Of a stretch of 64,000 bases of DNA, positions 39,520-54,589 are shown piece after piece. This DNA comes from the human T2T-CHM13v2.0 reference genome, Homo sapiens. The notes beneath the pieces are model-generated. The model worked only from the letters and a program-made list of their open reading frames with translations. It was not told the origin of the DNA and searched no databases. Both the position numbers and the translations under genes were made by a program. The DNA lies in assembly GCF_009914755.1 (NCBI RefSeq), contig NC_060947.1; one strand, 5' to 3'. The first letter of the stretch is position 1. Every line of letters begins with the position of its first letter.

Positions 39520-42500
39520 GAGAGGAGGAGGCTGAGCAAGATGGCATAATAGGAGGCTTCACTGATCATACCTGTCCCCACAAAGACACCAATTAAAAAA
39601 CTGTCTACACAAAAAAGCACCTTTATGATAACCAAATATCAGATAAGAACTCACAGTACCTTGTTTTAAATTTATATCACTGAAAAGTCACTGAAGAGGT
39701 TAAAAAAAAAAAACAGCCTTGAAGCACCAACATCATCCCTCACCCAGGACCCTATAGCAGGGGCATGGAGCAGAGAGCGTTTCTGTGTGCTGGGGGAGGG
39801 AAAGTGCAGCAATCATGAGGCATTAAACTCAATGCTGTCCTGTTATAGCAGAAAGGAAAACCAGACTAAACTCAGCCTATTCCCACCCATGGAAGGAGCA
39901 TTTAAACCAACCCTAGCCAGAGGGAAATTACCAATTCCAGCAGTTGGATTTTGAGTTCCTGCAAGCTTTGCCATCATGGGCTAAAGTGCTCTGGGTCTCT
40001 AAATAAACATGAAAGATAGTGTAGGTTGCGACTCCAAGTGAGTCCTACTGCTGAACTGGGTCCAGATCCAGGGGACTTGGAGTGGGGGGTGGGGTGTAAC
40101 CTACTGAGACACCAGCGGGGGTGGCTAAGGAAATGCTTACATCACCTCTCTCCTAACACAAAGTCGCAGAGCCCTTGGCTCCAAAAGAGACCTAATCTTT
40201 CCATTTGAGGAGATGAGAGGAAAGAGTAGGGAGGACTTTGTCTTGCATCCTAGATACCAGCTCAGCCACTGCAGGATAGAAAAATGGTCAGAGTTGTGGG
40301 AACCCCTCTCAAGGCCCTAGCTCCAGGATGACATTTCTAGATACACCATAGGCCAGAGGGAACCTGGTGTATTGAAAGGAAGTACCCATTTCTGGCAGTA
40401 TTCATCTCTTGCTAACTGAAGATACTTTGGACACTGAATAACCAGCAGTGATACCCAGGTACTACGTGGAGGGCCACGAAGAGATCCTGAGACTTGTTGG
40501 CTTCAGGTGAAACTCAGAACCTTCCTATCTCTGTTAACTATGGGGCAAGACTCCATCTGCCCCATAGTTGAGAAAAGCAGAGGAGAAAGTAAAGGAGAAT
40601 TTGTGGTGCACTTTAAGTACCAGCTTGGCCACAGGGTGGTAGAGAACCAAGTGGGCTCTTCAGGTGCCTGATTTCAGGATTTGGCTCTTGGATAGCACTT
40701 CTGGTCCTGCACTGGGCCAGAGGGGAGCCCATTGCCCTGAAGGGTGAGTCACAGACCAGGTAACATTTACCATAAGCCGAGTGGAGGGCCCATAGGCCTT
40801 ACGGGACCATCAGTGGTGGTCTGACAAGACTACCCATGAGCCTGTGGTGGCGGTGGCCACAGATGAGGCTCCTAAGCCTTTGGAACAGGGAGGGAAGAGT
40901 AGGAAGAACTGCATCTTGTGGTTTGAGTTCCAGCTCAGCTGCAGTACCATAGAACACCAAGTAGACTTCTAAGGTTTTTGACATGAGTCCCTGGCTCCTG
41001 GACAGCACCTCTGGAACTACCCTGTGCCTGGGGAAACTCACCACCCTGAAGGGAAGGACATAAGCCTGTCTGGCTGTGTCACCTGCTGAAATTAGAGCCT
41101 CAGGGCTGTGGGCAAATGTACACAATAGCCAAATAATAGTTCAAGCAAACATTAAGCAAGACCCAGTGTTGTGCTCACTTTAGGTCTGACCCAGAACAGC
41201 CATAGTGGGGCTGGTCGCATAGGTGGTTATGTCACATCACCCTACACTTCAGGGGGCTCAAAAACAGAAAGGGAGAGAGACTCTGTTTGGGAGAAAGTAA
41301 AAGAAGAGAAAAAGAGTCCTTGCTTGGTAGTCCAGAGAATTCTCCCAGATCTTGTCCAAGATTATCAAGGTGCTATCTTCAAATGTCTGCAAGAACCACA
41401 GCATTACTGGGCTTGAGGTGCCACCTAAAGGAGATACAGCTTTGATCACAATATTCAAGTACTTTTGAATATCTGGAAAGCCTTCCAAAGAAGGACAAGT
41501 ACAAACAAGCCCAGACTGTGAAAAATGCAATGAATACCTAAATCTTCACTTCCCAGACACAGATGAACCCCTGCAGGTATCAAAACACCAGTAAAACATG
41601 ACCTCACCAAATGAACTAAACAAGGCACCAGGGACCATTCCTGGAGAAACAGAGCTACATGACCTTTCAAATGAAGAATTCAAAATAGATATCTTGAGGA
41701 AACTCAAATAAATTCAATATAATACAGAAAAAGAACTCAGAATTCTATCAGATAAATTTAACAAATAGATTGAAATAATTTTTCAAAATCAAGCAGAAAT
41801 TTCAAAGACGAAAATGCAATTGACATTCTGAAAAATGCATCAGAGCCTTTTATTAGCAGCATTGATCAAACAGAAGAATTAGTCATCTTAAAGACAATTT
41901 CAAAATATAGTCAGAAAAGACAAAAGAATAAAGAACATAAAACAATAAAGCATGCCTACAGGACCCAAGAAAATAGCTTCAAATGGCAAATCTAAGAGTT
42001 ACTGGCCTTAAAGAGGAGGTAGAGGACAAGATAATGGTAGAAAGTTTATTCAAAAAGATAATAACAGAGAACTTCCCAATCTAAAGGAGATATCAGTATC
42101 CTGTACAAGATTATAGAACACCAAGCAGATTTAATCCAAAGAAGAGTATCCCAAAGCATTTATGAACAAAATTCCCAGAGATGAAGGATAATGAAGGAAT
42201 CCTAAAAGCAGCAAGAGAAAAAAAAAATAACATAAAATGGAGCTCAAATATGTTTGGCAACAATAATATAACTAGTAAAAAGATTTCTTAAACATGAAGT
42301 TGAAATAAAAACTTTTCCAGAAAAACAAAGGCTGAGGGATTTCATTGTCACCAGTCCTATTCTACAAGAAACACTAAAGGAAGTATTTCAATCAGTAAGA
42401 AAAGGACATTAATGATCAATAAGAAATCATCTGAAGGTACAAAACTCACTGGTAATAATAACTACACGGAAAAACACAGAATATTATAACATGGTAACTG

Positions 42501-45128
42501 TGGTGTGTAAACTATTCTTAAGTAGAAAGACTAAATGATGAATCAATAAAAAATAACAAATACAACAACTTTCAAGACATAAATAGCAAAATAATATATA
42601 CAGTTAAAAAGCCAGGAGATGAAGTTAAGATTTCGTTTTTGCTTAGTTTTTTAGTTTGATTAGGTTTTTTTGTTTTTTTTCTGGCTTGCATGCTTGTTTG
42701 TTCATACAAACTGTTAATTTGTAATCATATTGAAATAATGAGTTAGAAGATAGTGTTTGCAATGTCATGGTAACCTGAAACCAAAAAACATACAATGGCT
42801 ACACAAAAAATAAAAGCTAGAAACTAAATCATATCACTAGTAAAAAAAATAATAACTTGAACAGACTACTAACAAGTAGTAAGATCAAAGTCATAACAAA
42901 AAGTTTCCCAGTATAGAAAAGCATGGCATCCGATGACCTCACTGCTGAATTCTACCAAACATTTAAAGAAGAACTAATACCAACCCTAGTTAAATTATCC
43001 CAAAAAATAAAAGAGTTGAGAATATTTCCAAACTCATGTATAAGGACAGTATTACCCTGATATAAACACCAGACAAAGGCACATCAAAAAAATACAAAAG
43101 ACCTATATCTCTGATGAATATTGATGCAAAAATCCTCAAGAATATACTAACAAACTAAATTCAACAATGCATTACAAATATTATTTATCATGACAAAGTG
43201 AGATTTATCCCTGTGATGCAAGGATTGTTCAACATATGCAAATCAATCAATTTGATACATCATCTCAACACAATGAAGGACAAAAAATGTATGTTCATTT
43301 CAAATGGTTTGACATTTATTGATGATGAAACTCTTCAAAATCTGGGTAGAGAAGAAACATAACTCAACCTAACAAAGGCCATGTATAACAAAATGTTGTA
43401 CATTTTCGCCTCTGTTAGTGTCATAATGAATTGGGAAAAACAGAAAGTCATTCCTCTAAGATCTGAAACACAGCAAGTATACCCACTTTCACCACTGTTG
43501 CTGAACATAGTCCTGGAAAGTCCTAGCTAGGGCAATCAGACAAGAGAAAGAAATAAAGGACATACAAATTGCAATCAAAGAAGTCAAATTAACCTTATTT
43601 GTGGCTGATATGATCTTATATTTGGAAAAATCTAAAGAGTCCACCAGAAAACTACTAGAACTAATGAACAAATCCAGGAAATTTGCAGGATACAAAATAA
43701 TTCTATAAAAACCTGTAGCATTCTTATAAGCCATCAGTGAACAATCTGAAAAAGAAATAAAAAATGTAATGCCATCTACAATAGCTACAAATAAGCAGGA
43801 ATTGACTTAAGCAAAGATGTGGAAGATCCCCATAATGAAAACTTTAAAATACTGATGAAAAAAATTGAAGAGGTCACAACAAATTAAAAGTACATTCTAT
43901 GTTCATGGATTGGAAGAATCAGTACTGTTAAAATGTCCATACTACCTAAAGCAATCTATAGATTTGATGTAATCCCTATTAAAATACAAACAACATTCTT
44001 CACAGAAATAGAAAAATGCCATCCTAAAGTTAATATGGAATCACAAAAGATCCAAAATAGGCATAGCTATCCTGAGCAAAAAGAACAAAACTGGAGGAAT
44101 CACATTACCTGGTTTCAAATTATACTACAGAGGTATAGTAACCAAAACAGCATGGTACTGACATAAAAACAGACACATATGCCAATGGAATGAGATAGTG
44201 AGCTCAGAAAGAAACCCACACAGCCATAAATGAACTCATTTTTGACAAAGTTGCCAAGAACACACAATGAAGAAAGCACAGTCTCTTCAATAAATTGTAC
44301 TGTGAAAACTATTCATACAAAGAACAATGAAACTAGACCTCTATCACTTTCCATTTACAAAAATCAAATCAAAATCGATTGAAGGGTTAAATCTAAGATC
44401 TCGACCTATGAAACTACTACATGACAACATTGAGGAAACTCTCCAGGACATTGATCTGGACAAAAATATCTTGAGTAATACTGCACAAGCATAGGCAACC
44501 AAAGCAAAATGAACAAATTAGTTCAGATCAAGTTACAAAGCTTCTGCACAGAAAAAAAAATCAAAAAAGTGAAGAGACATTCCACAGAATAGAAGACAAT
44601 ATTAGCAAACTACCCACTTGATAAAGGATTAATAACCAGAATATATCAGGAGCTCAAACAACCCTGTAGAAAAAAATCAAATAATTCAATCAAAAAATGG
44701 GCAAAATTTTTGAATAGACATTTCTCTAAAGACATATAAATGACAAAGATCCACATGAAAGGGTCCTCAACATCATTGATCATCAGAGAAATGCAAATCA
44801 AAACTACACTGAGATATCATTTCACCTCAGTTAAAATGTCTTATATCCAGAAGACAGGAAATAACAAATGCTGACAAGGATGTTGTGAAAAGGAACTCTT
44901 GTACACTATTGGTGGGAATGTAAATTAGTACAACCTCTAAGGTAAACAGTTTGGAGGTTCCTCAAAAAACTAATAATAGAGCTACCATACAATCCAGCAA
45001 TCTCACTGCTGTGTGCATACACTAAAGAAAGGACATCAATATATCAAAGAGATATCTGCACTTCCATAGTTGTTGCAGCACTGTTCACAATAGCCAAGAT
45101 TTGAAAGCAACCTAAGTGTCTATCAACA
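39520..45128 (+). mobile_element. L1M1/L1MA(1-3)-type L1 with full ~2-kb 5'UTR, ORF1 and ORF2 lacking the endonuclease part; 3' end lost
   Basis: 5' start gaggaggctgagcaagatggc; ORF1 region collinear with 6463-7975; ORF2 gctgaattctaccaaacatttaaagaagaactaatacc ([13 protein letters not shown]), ORF 43933 [18 protein letters not shown]; stops at gcaacctaagtgtctatcaaca. Confidence 0.92.
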
Positions 45129-45138
45129 CCTTCTGTCC

Positions 45139-45434
45139 TTTTTTTTTTTTTTTTTTTTTTGACAGAGTTTCACTCTGTCACCCAGGTTGAAGTGCAGTGG
45201 CACAATCTCAGCTCACTGCAGCCTCTGTCTCTCAGGTTCAAGCTATTATCCTACTCAGCCTCCTGAGTAGCAGGGGTTACAGGTGCCGCCACCACTCCTA
45301 GCTAATTTTTGTATTTTTAGTAGAGACGGGGTTTCACCATGTTGGCCAGGGTGCTCTTGAACTTCTGACATCAGGTGATCCACCCACCTTGGCCTCCCAA
45401 AGTGCTGAGATTACTGGCATGAGCCGCTCTGGCC
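45139..45434 (-). mobile_element. AluSx, no recognisable TSD
   Basis: T tail; ctgacatcaggtgatccacccacc (Sx-type); ends ctctggcc. Confidence 0.92.
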
Positions 45435-45519
45435 ACTTAATCTTAGTGAAAACATATTTCCCCTCTTCTAACACAGGAAAGATGTAATCTTTACCTTCTC
45501 AGGTTACATTAGTAATCCA

Positions 45520-46095
45520 TAGTAGAGTACAGGTGTTAAGATTTTAGAATCTGGAGTATTATAGACCCGAGTTTTGATTATGACTATATCATATACTAGA
45601 TATCCGACATTGACAAACTCACTTAATCTTCATGTGCCTCAGCCTCCTTACCTGAAAAATCTATTTTTGAAGGTTTAATGAGCTAATGTAAGTAAAGCAA
45701 TCAGTAGGGTGTGTAGCACATAGTAAGCACATATATGCTTTTAATCATTATCATCATTAATGAAACTCACCACACAGATCATTTTTAAACAGTTTTGCAC
45801 AGGAAATACATGTAGGAAGACTAATTAGATTATCAGACACTTTAGAACAAAGGCCATTATTTGTATTAACTTTGTGGTTTGGACTTCAAACCAAAGTTTG
45901 AATTCTGACTTAGCTAGCAATTAGCTGTATGCCTTTGGGCAAATTACTTCACAACCTGTAAACCCCAGTTTTCTCAATTGTAAAACATAAAAATGCTAAT
46001 AACTGCATTATTTTCATGTTATAATTTTTAAAAATCATCAACAGAAGTAATTTCAATAGAATCTTGCTTAGTAGGCATTCAACAAATATCAGATC
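45520..46095 (+). mobile_element. Two MIR fragments (~45520-45760 and ~45885-46095)
   Basis: cacttaatcttcatgtgcctcagcctccttacctgaaaaat; ctgtatgcctttgggcaaattacttc...cccagttttctcaattgtaaaa. Confidence 0.7.
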
Positions 46096-47635
46096 CCATT
46101 ATTACTCTTACTAAATATATTATAGATCATCAATGTTTGTTATTTGATTGGTTTTAAAAAGAATAAAATTAACAAAAACATAAAGTTTAGAATGTTTGAT
46201 AAATATTCTTATTTAAAACCAGATTTTAGACTGGCTGGTTTGATACCCATATTTCTTTGTTCTGTTGCATGTCCATAAATATAGCTTCTGGCTCTCCCAT
46301 TCAATTTTTTTTATAACAAGTGAAATTGGACAAATGCAGAAGTTGAATTTTCAGAATTAGTTACTTAAAATAAATAACCAAATGTTCATCCTCAAATAAG
46401 CAGTGAGTCTTTTTTTCTGTCTTTTTTCTTTTTCTTTTTGGTAAAATTGATCCATAAGGTAAAGTTATTTTTAGAAGTACAAACCAAAACATGCATTCCT
46501 TCAAAAATGGCTAATCCTTTCATTTCACTGGATATCAGAATAACCCACTTGCAATCAACATTTTATCCTCTGAATATTTTAGCAACACTAATGAGATAAT
46601 GAGAACTTAACTAGAGATTATAAATTTTTGAAACGTGTATTTAAAAAAATTTGACTACAACTCAAGGTCAATGAATGAAATCATTAACAAACCCTCATTA
46701 CTTAGCAGTGACCTCTAATAACATTCATTTTAAATTTGCCTTTGGGACTTTTAATTGTTCTTAGGAGGCTGTGGTTAGTCATTGCTTAAATATCATACAT
46801 GTCACTATAATCATTAAAAGTATCATTCAATGGAAGATTTCAAGGGTGACATTATAGTTGAGACCTGACCTTCAAATGCTATGTTGTGCATCTGATGGCT
46901 TGGATTGATGCACTTCTCATAATAGAGGGTGTGGGCTATGTGCGTGGGCATGTATGAATGCATGTGTATGTCCAATGCCCTACTGTATGTAAAAGACATT
47001 TTAACCTCAAACATTGAAAAGAAAAGCTACATTTGAATAACTACATTGATAATGATCAGTTTGGTATATAAAAATTCTACTGCTTATTCATTCTCAATAA
47101 TATATGAGCTCAGAGTTGCTTTTCTAGAATGAGGAGGATTTTTCACAAATCCATGGCAGGGACCTTATAATAGTAACTCTCTTCTAATAAGGAAGCATTG
47201 AAAAGTCATATGATCACATGGCAGTTGTACTTTCTCTCCCTTGGGGATAGAATTCCCCTTAAATAAAGTTAGGAAAGTTATTCCAAAGAAATAATTCTGT
47301 AAACACATAACATTTCTTTTAAAACTTAAGTTTTAGAAATATAGGATGGATTTAAAATTGTGTTTCTTCATCTGGCTCCTCCTTTCAGCCAGTTAATGTT
47401 TTGCTCTTATTATAATAACTTTATCTGCTTCTTCTCCCTCCTTCACCAGTACTGCTGTAAGCATGGCCTCCAGATGAACAGCTTCGGCATACTTCACTTG
47501 TTCTTGAGAATTCCAAATTGGCCAGTTATTTCCTCACCCTGTCTTTTGGACTCTGGGTTGAAGTTCAATTCAGAATTCACACTGAGTATGTCACCAAGAA
47601 AATGTGCTAGCACCCAATTCAATATAATCAGCTGA

Positions 47636-49450
<1,815 letters not shown>

Positions 49451-49884
49451 GAGCATGACACAAAATGTAATTGGTAAATTCCCTCCCTCTGTTTCAAAAC
49501 TTACTTTACTTTTTAATTATAGCCTTTGTACAATAAGAAAAATCTTGCATTTGGATTAGTGTTTTGTTAGTAAAATCTCAATAAAAAATTACCACCCTGT
49601 TAAGTAGTTAATACGTTCACATTGTTGAGTCATATAGATCTTTAGATAGTAAAAGCTATCATAAGATTGATAATAAATAAACATCAAAAGATATAAAAGT
49701 TTTGTCCATAAAAATATGAAATATGTCTACATTATTGAAGCATCTGGTACATATAATTATCTAAACCTCTGAAGAAAATCAAATAAGTTACAACATAGAA
49801 TTTATTTAGCTGTCAAAAATCATTTGTTTCTGGAAAAAAAAAAGGCTGCCTTAGAAGCAGCCACATACATTTCAGGTTTAAAAT

Positions 49885-50250
49885 GATATAGGCACATAAC
49901 CAAGAAGGTAAAAGACCTGTATACTGAAAACTACAAAACATTGAGGAAAGAGATCAAAGACACAAATAAATGGGAAGATATCACATGTTCCTGAATTGAA
50001 ACAATTAATACCAGAACAATATTAATTAATTAATATTAATATTGTCCATGTCAATACTACTAAAAATAATCTACAGGTTCAATGCAATTCCTGTCAAAAT
50101 ACTAGTGCCTTTCTTCGCAGAATTTTTTAAATCCTAACATTTCCGTGAAACCATGAAAGAGCTTGAATAGCCAAAGCAATCTTAAGCAAAAAGGACAAAG
50201 CTGGAAGCGTCACATTACCTGATTTCAAAATAAACTATAAAGCTTTAATA
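49885..50250 (+). mobile_element. Older L1M ORF2 fragment
   Basis: gtaaaagacctgtatactgaaaactacaaaacattg, aataaatgggaagatatcacatgttc, gaatagccaaagcaatcttaagcaaaaag. Confidence 0.85.
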
Positions 50251-50829
50251 ACATATTTTTACCCACCCCTCAAACAGAGCTGGGCTTACTTGGAGCAGAG
50301 AAAGCTTACAGTGATTATCAGCACTGTCATAAAAAGCAAAAGATGGTTTAAACTACCAGTGTGGCAAAGATCAAAGAAATAGACCAAACACAATATAAGT
50401 AAATGTTGGCAAGGGGATGAAAATTTGTAGAAACTTTCTAGAGGGCAATTTTTAATATTAAAATTATTTAAAATCTACAAACACTTTGAACCTACAACTC
50501 ACTTCCAGAGGTATAACTAAAAAAAAAAAAATGTCCTTCAAATGAGATTCCCCATATGCCAGGAAAAGAATCCTAACATTTTTCTTTAGATACTTGCTCC
50601 CTTTCTCTGTACCCTGGGAAAGGAGTGTGTCTTATGAGATAAGAGACAGAGGGTATGCACCTGTTGAAAGTTATTGTCTGCTTTGAGGCTCCCCAGAAGT
50701 CCTTTCTCTAGACAAGAAATTTATTTTGTTGCCAGTGTTGCCAGTGGAACTTTGCGCAAAATGAAATAAATTAATCCTGGTTTATTTGATTATTGCTCTA
50801 AAAATCATATTGAGTCTGTTGATGGTTAC

Positions 50830-51015
50830 AGTTTAAAGAACATTGAGATAATTCTAGTCTAACCCACTCACTTCATCAATAGGGGAAATCAAGCACAGAG
50901 AAGAGAAGATGTTTTTTTATCAAGAATACACAGTAAATTAGTAATCAACCTGAGACTTGAATATATGTTTGTTTCAATTCTAATCAAGTACCTTTGCTTC
51001 CACTATGCCACATTA
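50830..51015 (-). mobile_element. MIR fragment
   Basis: ttgagataattctagtctaacccactcacttcatcaataggggaaatcaagcacagagaag. Confidence 0.6.
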
Positions 51016-52048
51016 CCTGTATTTCTTACTAATTTTAATCATTCACCAGCTTGCATACACCATAAGGGCAGACACCTGGTTTTAATCACCTTTACAGAAC
51101 TACATATTATAGTACAGTATGGATCACAAAGCAGATGTTTGCTAAAATGTTATCTAAACAAAGTAGTCACCACCAGAGAGGTGACAACCAAAAGAGATGA
51201 TACAGAGACAGAGAGATAATCAGAGTTTGAGGTTTGGGTATGTTCCCAGTTGGAAAGTAGCGTGAACAGAAAGAGCTAGTGAATAAGTGTTCAAAGAACT
51301 AGAAAAAAAGTTTATCATTGTCTCAAGGAAGCCAAGTTAGGAACTTGAAGGACTAGTTTATATAGCCCTGGAGAGCAGGGACCCTATTAACTTGTTTTTT
51401 TGCAATGTTGTCATATTTGATTCATATAACCCTAAGCCTCTGGATCTAGGCCACATCCAATTCATATTTTGAAGAATTTTTTTCTTAGTACCAGCAAATA
51501 TTTGACCTATCTAATAATTAACAGAACTGTAAATTGCAAAGATTTTTTTCAATGTAAGCAACTCAGGAACTTTCCTCCATGCTGCCAACGCTATGAATGA
51601 GTTTAGTCAGCATTTCTTGATGCTGCTTATAAAAGTTGTCTGGGAATATTGTGCTCTTAAGCAGAGATTACCGGAATGAGTCTTGGGCTTACAATAATCA
51701 AGATACCTGCAACCAGAAAAATAACTGAGGCAGCAGAATCCTCACCAAAGCTCTGAAGTACCACATCAAATAGATTCCTTTCAGGAGGAATTTGGCCTTG
51801 GCCTTAATTACTGTGTAGTATACAATATATTAAGTAGTGATACTGATATTGCTGCTGATAATAAACCAAGTAAGACCCCTATATGAGTGTATTATTTCAA
51901 GATACAGTAATTAGCATCCAACTAATAAACATACTTAGGATGCTTATTTCTAGGTTCTGAAATTTTACATTTATCTGTAAAATGAATTGTTTACAAAAAA
52001 AACTGAAGTGGTAAAATAAACATTGTTGATCTTCCCCCAGAAGTACAG

Positions 52049-52422
52049 TGATATGGTTTGGCTGTGTCCCCACACAAATCTCATCTTGAATTGTAATCCC
52101 CATAATCTTCATGTATAGAGGGAGGGACCCAGAGAGAGGTAATTGGATCATGGGGGTGGTTTCCCCCATGCTGTTCTCATGATAGTGAGTGAGTTCTCAC
52201 AAGATCTGAGAGTTTTATAAGGGATTCTTCCCCCTTCACTTTTTTTCTGTCTTTCACCTGCCACTATGTAGGACGTGCCTCTTCCCCTTCCACCATGATT
52301 GTGAGTTGTTTTCGGAGGCCTCTTCAGCCATGCAGAACTGTGAGTCAATTAAATCTCTTTTCTTTATAAATTACCCAGTCTCAGGTACTATCTTAATAGC
52401 AGTGTGAGGACAGATTAATACA
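52049..52422 (+). mobile_element. THE1D solo LTR
   Basis: tgatatggtttggctgtgtccccac...gatagtgagtgagttctcacaagatctga...aattacccagtctcagg...attaataca. Confidence 0.92.
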
Positions 52423-53337
52423 TAAAAGAAGGAATCTAGGAAATTCTTATCCTGTCTACTCCTCATCCTCTATTGCTGCTAACAAGCTTTACAGGAAAGC
52501 AGTTCCCCTGATGCTAATAAATTGAAGTTAAAGGTAAAGCCTGTAAACTACTATATTTACAAGCCTAATGTAAGCTGTATGAAATTCAAGAATACTGCTT
52601 CAAAGAGCTAACAGTATAAGGAATATGTATCATTTTTTCACTATTTTTATTTAAACACCATTGAGGTAAAATGTTTTATTAATACATAAAAGGAAACCCA
52701 CTTAATAAGCATGGTGTAAATTACTTGGATAGAGACTTAGATAATTACATAAAATAATTACATTTCCAGAGACATGCAATCTGATAGAATGGTGAAATAA
52801 TGCTTGCAAGAAACATATTCCACAAGCGTTTGGGTAAGTCATATATTATTTGACACTTTGGAAATAAATTTCTTGTTAAGTGTAAAGTAATTATTTAGTT
52901 TACAGTAATTATACACAGACCATGTAATTAAAACATAATAATATTTCAACTCTTAAAAAGGGGTTCTGTTTGGAATTTAACATTGTAGAAACCTGTAGAT
53001 AGCATGAAGTATAAACTTATTTTTAATCATTTTTTAAAAATTCTAATTAAAGAGATGACATGGTTCTGAAGACAAAATATATCAATAATGTAATAAAAAT
53101 CTCAGGTGACTGAATAAGGAATACATAACAGAGAGATAAAAGAACTTTCAATGCTATAAAAATACCGCATTCTGAATCATACCTCCTGTATATTACATAG
53201 AGCAGAAGACCTGCAAATATAATTCTTCAAAATAACAGTTAAAAAATAATACACATTTGTATTCTGAGAATTCACAACTTTTTAAGTAAAATATTTATCT
53301 ATAGCTTAAAGAAGACCTTTATGAAGAATATCAACTT

Positions 53338-53720
53338 AATTCTATTTAACAAGTATTTATTGGAAGCCTACCCACAGTGAAGTAGACACTGGAGGTATGA
53401 AAAGCAATAAGAACAAGAGTTCTGGCCCTGAGACGCTGTATCAAATGGAAGCCAGATGTATAAACAAATATTTTTAGAAAATAGGATGACCGCTATAGTC
53501 TACCTATGCACACAGTGTTGTGAATGTACAGATTATGGTTTAAGGGCTCCAAGGGAAGCTACAGAGAGAAAACACCTCATATCAGTCTTCAGAAAAGAGA
53601 TCACTGGGTAGGGAAGCATGGAAAGGACATTCTAGAAATATGACATCATGATCGAAGACATGGCAGGATTTTGTGTGCTTGAAAAAGAGCTTGACTGGAA
53701 CTTAAGACATTGATTCTCCT
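53338..53720 (-). mobile_element. L2 fragment
   Basis: attctatttaacaagtatttattggaagcctac...gacactggaggtatgaaaagcaataagaac. Confidence 0.6.
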
Positions 53721-54084
53721 ACTGGAAGGGAGAGAATCAGTCCCATCAAAATATCTTGTGGAGTTAAATGAAAATGAGTGATTCTTAGGTTCTACTTCTA
53801 AAGATTCTATTTCATTATGACTAGGATGTGGCTTAATCATCTCTTTGAAATTTTCTCAACTAATTTTGATACTCAGTATTTTTAATTCAGTAGCTCTAGA
53901 TTGGTGACATTTTAAAGGAGAATTATATTTTATCTTGATGGAGATGGTCCCTGGTCCATATTACAGCAAAATAGGCTTAGTGTGTTAGGAGATAAAATGA
54001 CTTAGATCAAGGCTAAAATGCAGAATATTTCATGTATTTTATGTTAGAGAGTTTGGTCTTTAGTTTTGGTTGTATTTTGGTCTT

Positions 54085-54546
54085 TATTCAGGCAATAAGA
54101 AGTTACAAAAAAAGTGGCCTAAAATAACAATACATTATTTGACTCGCTATGCTGAAGATTTGCTCTGCTAGATGTTTTCTCTGATCTTGGCTAGAATTCC
54201 TCATGGATCTGTGGTCATTTGTGCATCAGGTATATAGCTTTGCTGATCTGTGCTAGCTGTCCCATCTCTGGTGCTTCAACTACGACAATTGGGCTAACTC
54301 AACTCTGACCCATGTGGCGTCTCATCTTATAGGAGTCAAGCCTAGCTTATTGAAGTTACAGGGACAGGATGCCAAAAGAGCAAGTGGAGGCACCCAGAAA
54401 TTCTGGAAGATGAACTCTGCCACTTTCTTGCAGTCAAAATATGGCACAAGACCACCCATAATCAAGGGGTGAGGATGTTCTACCTCTTGATGGAAGAAGG
54501 TGAGAAGCCATTGATCATGGTCACCATTGCCTCCCAATTCACCACA
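54085..54546 (-). mobile_element. Old MLT1 (H-like) LTR
   Basis: aagtggcctaaaataacaatac, cacaagaccacccataatcaaggggtgagga, ctacctcttgatggaagaag, ends ttcaccaca. Confidence 0.65.
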
Positions 54547-54589
54547 GAAGTCATCTCAGGTCTCTGTTTGTTTTTATTTATTTGTTTTT

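Noticed and set aside
50530-50810. Possible LTR-like segment
   Set aside because: Could not identify termini or family with enough confidence
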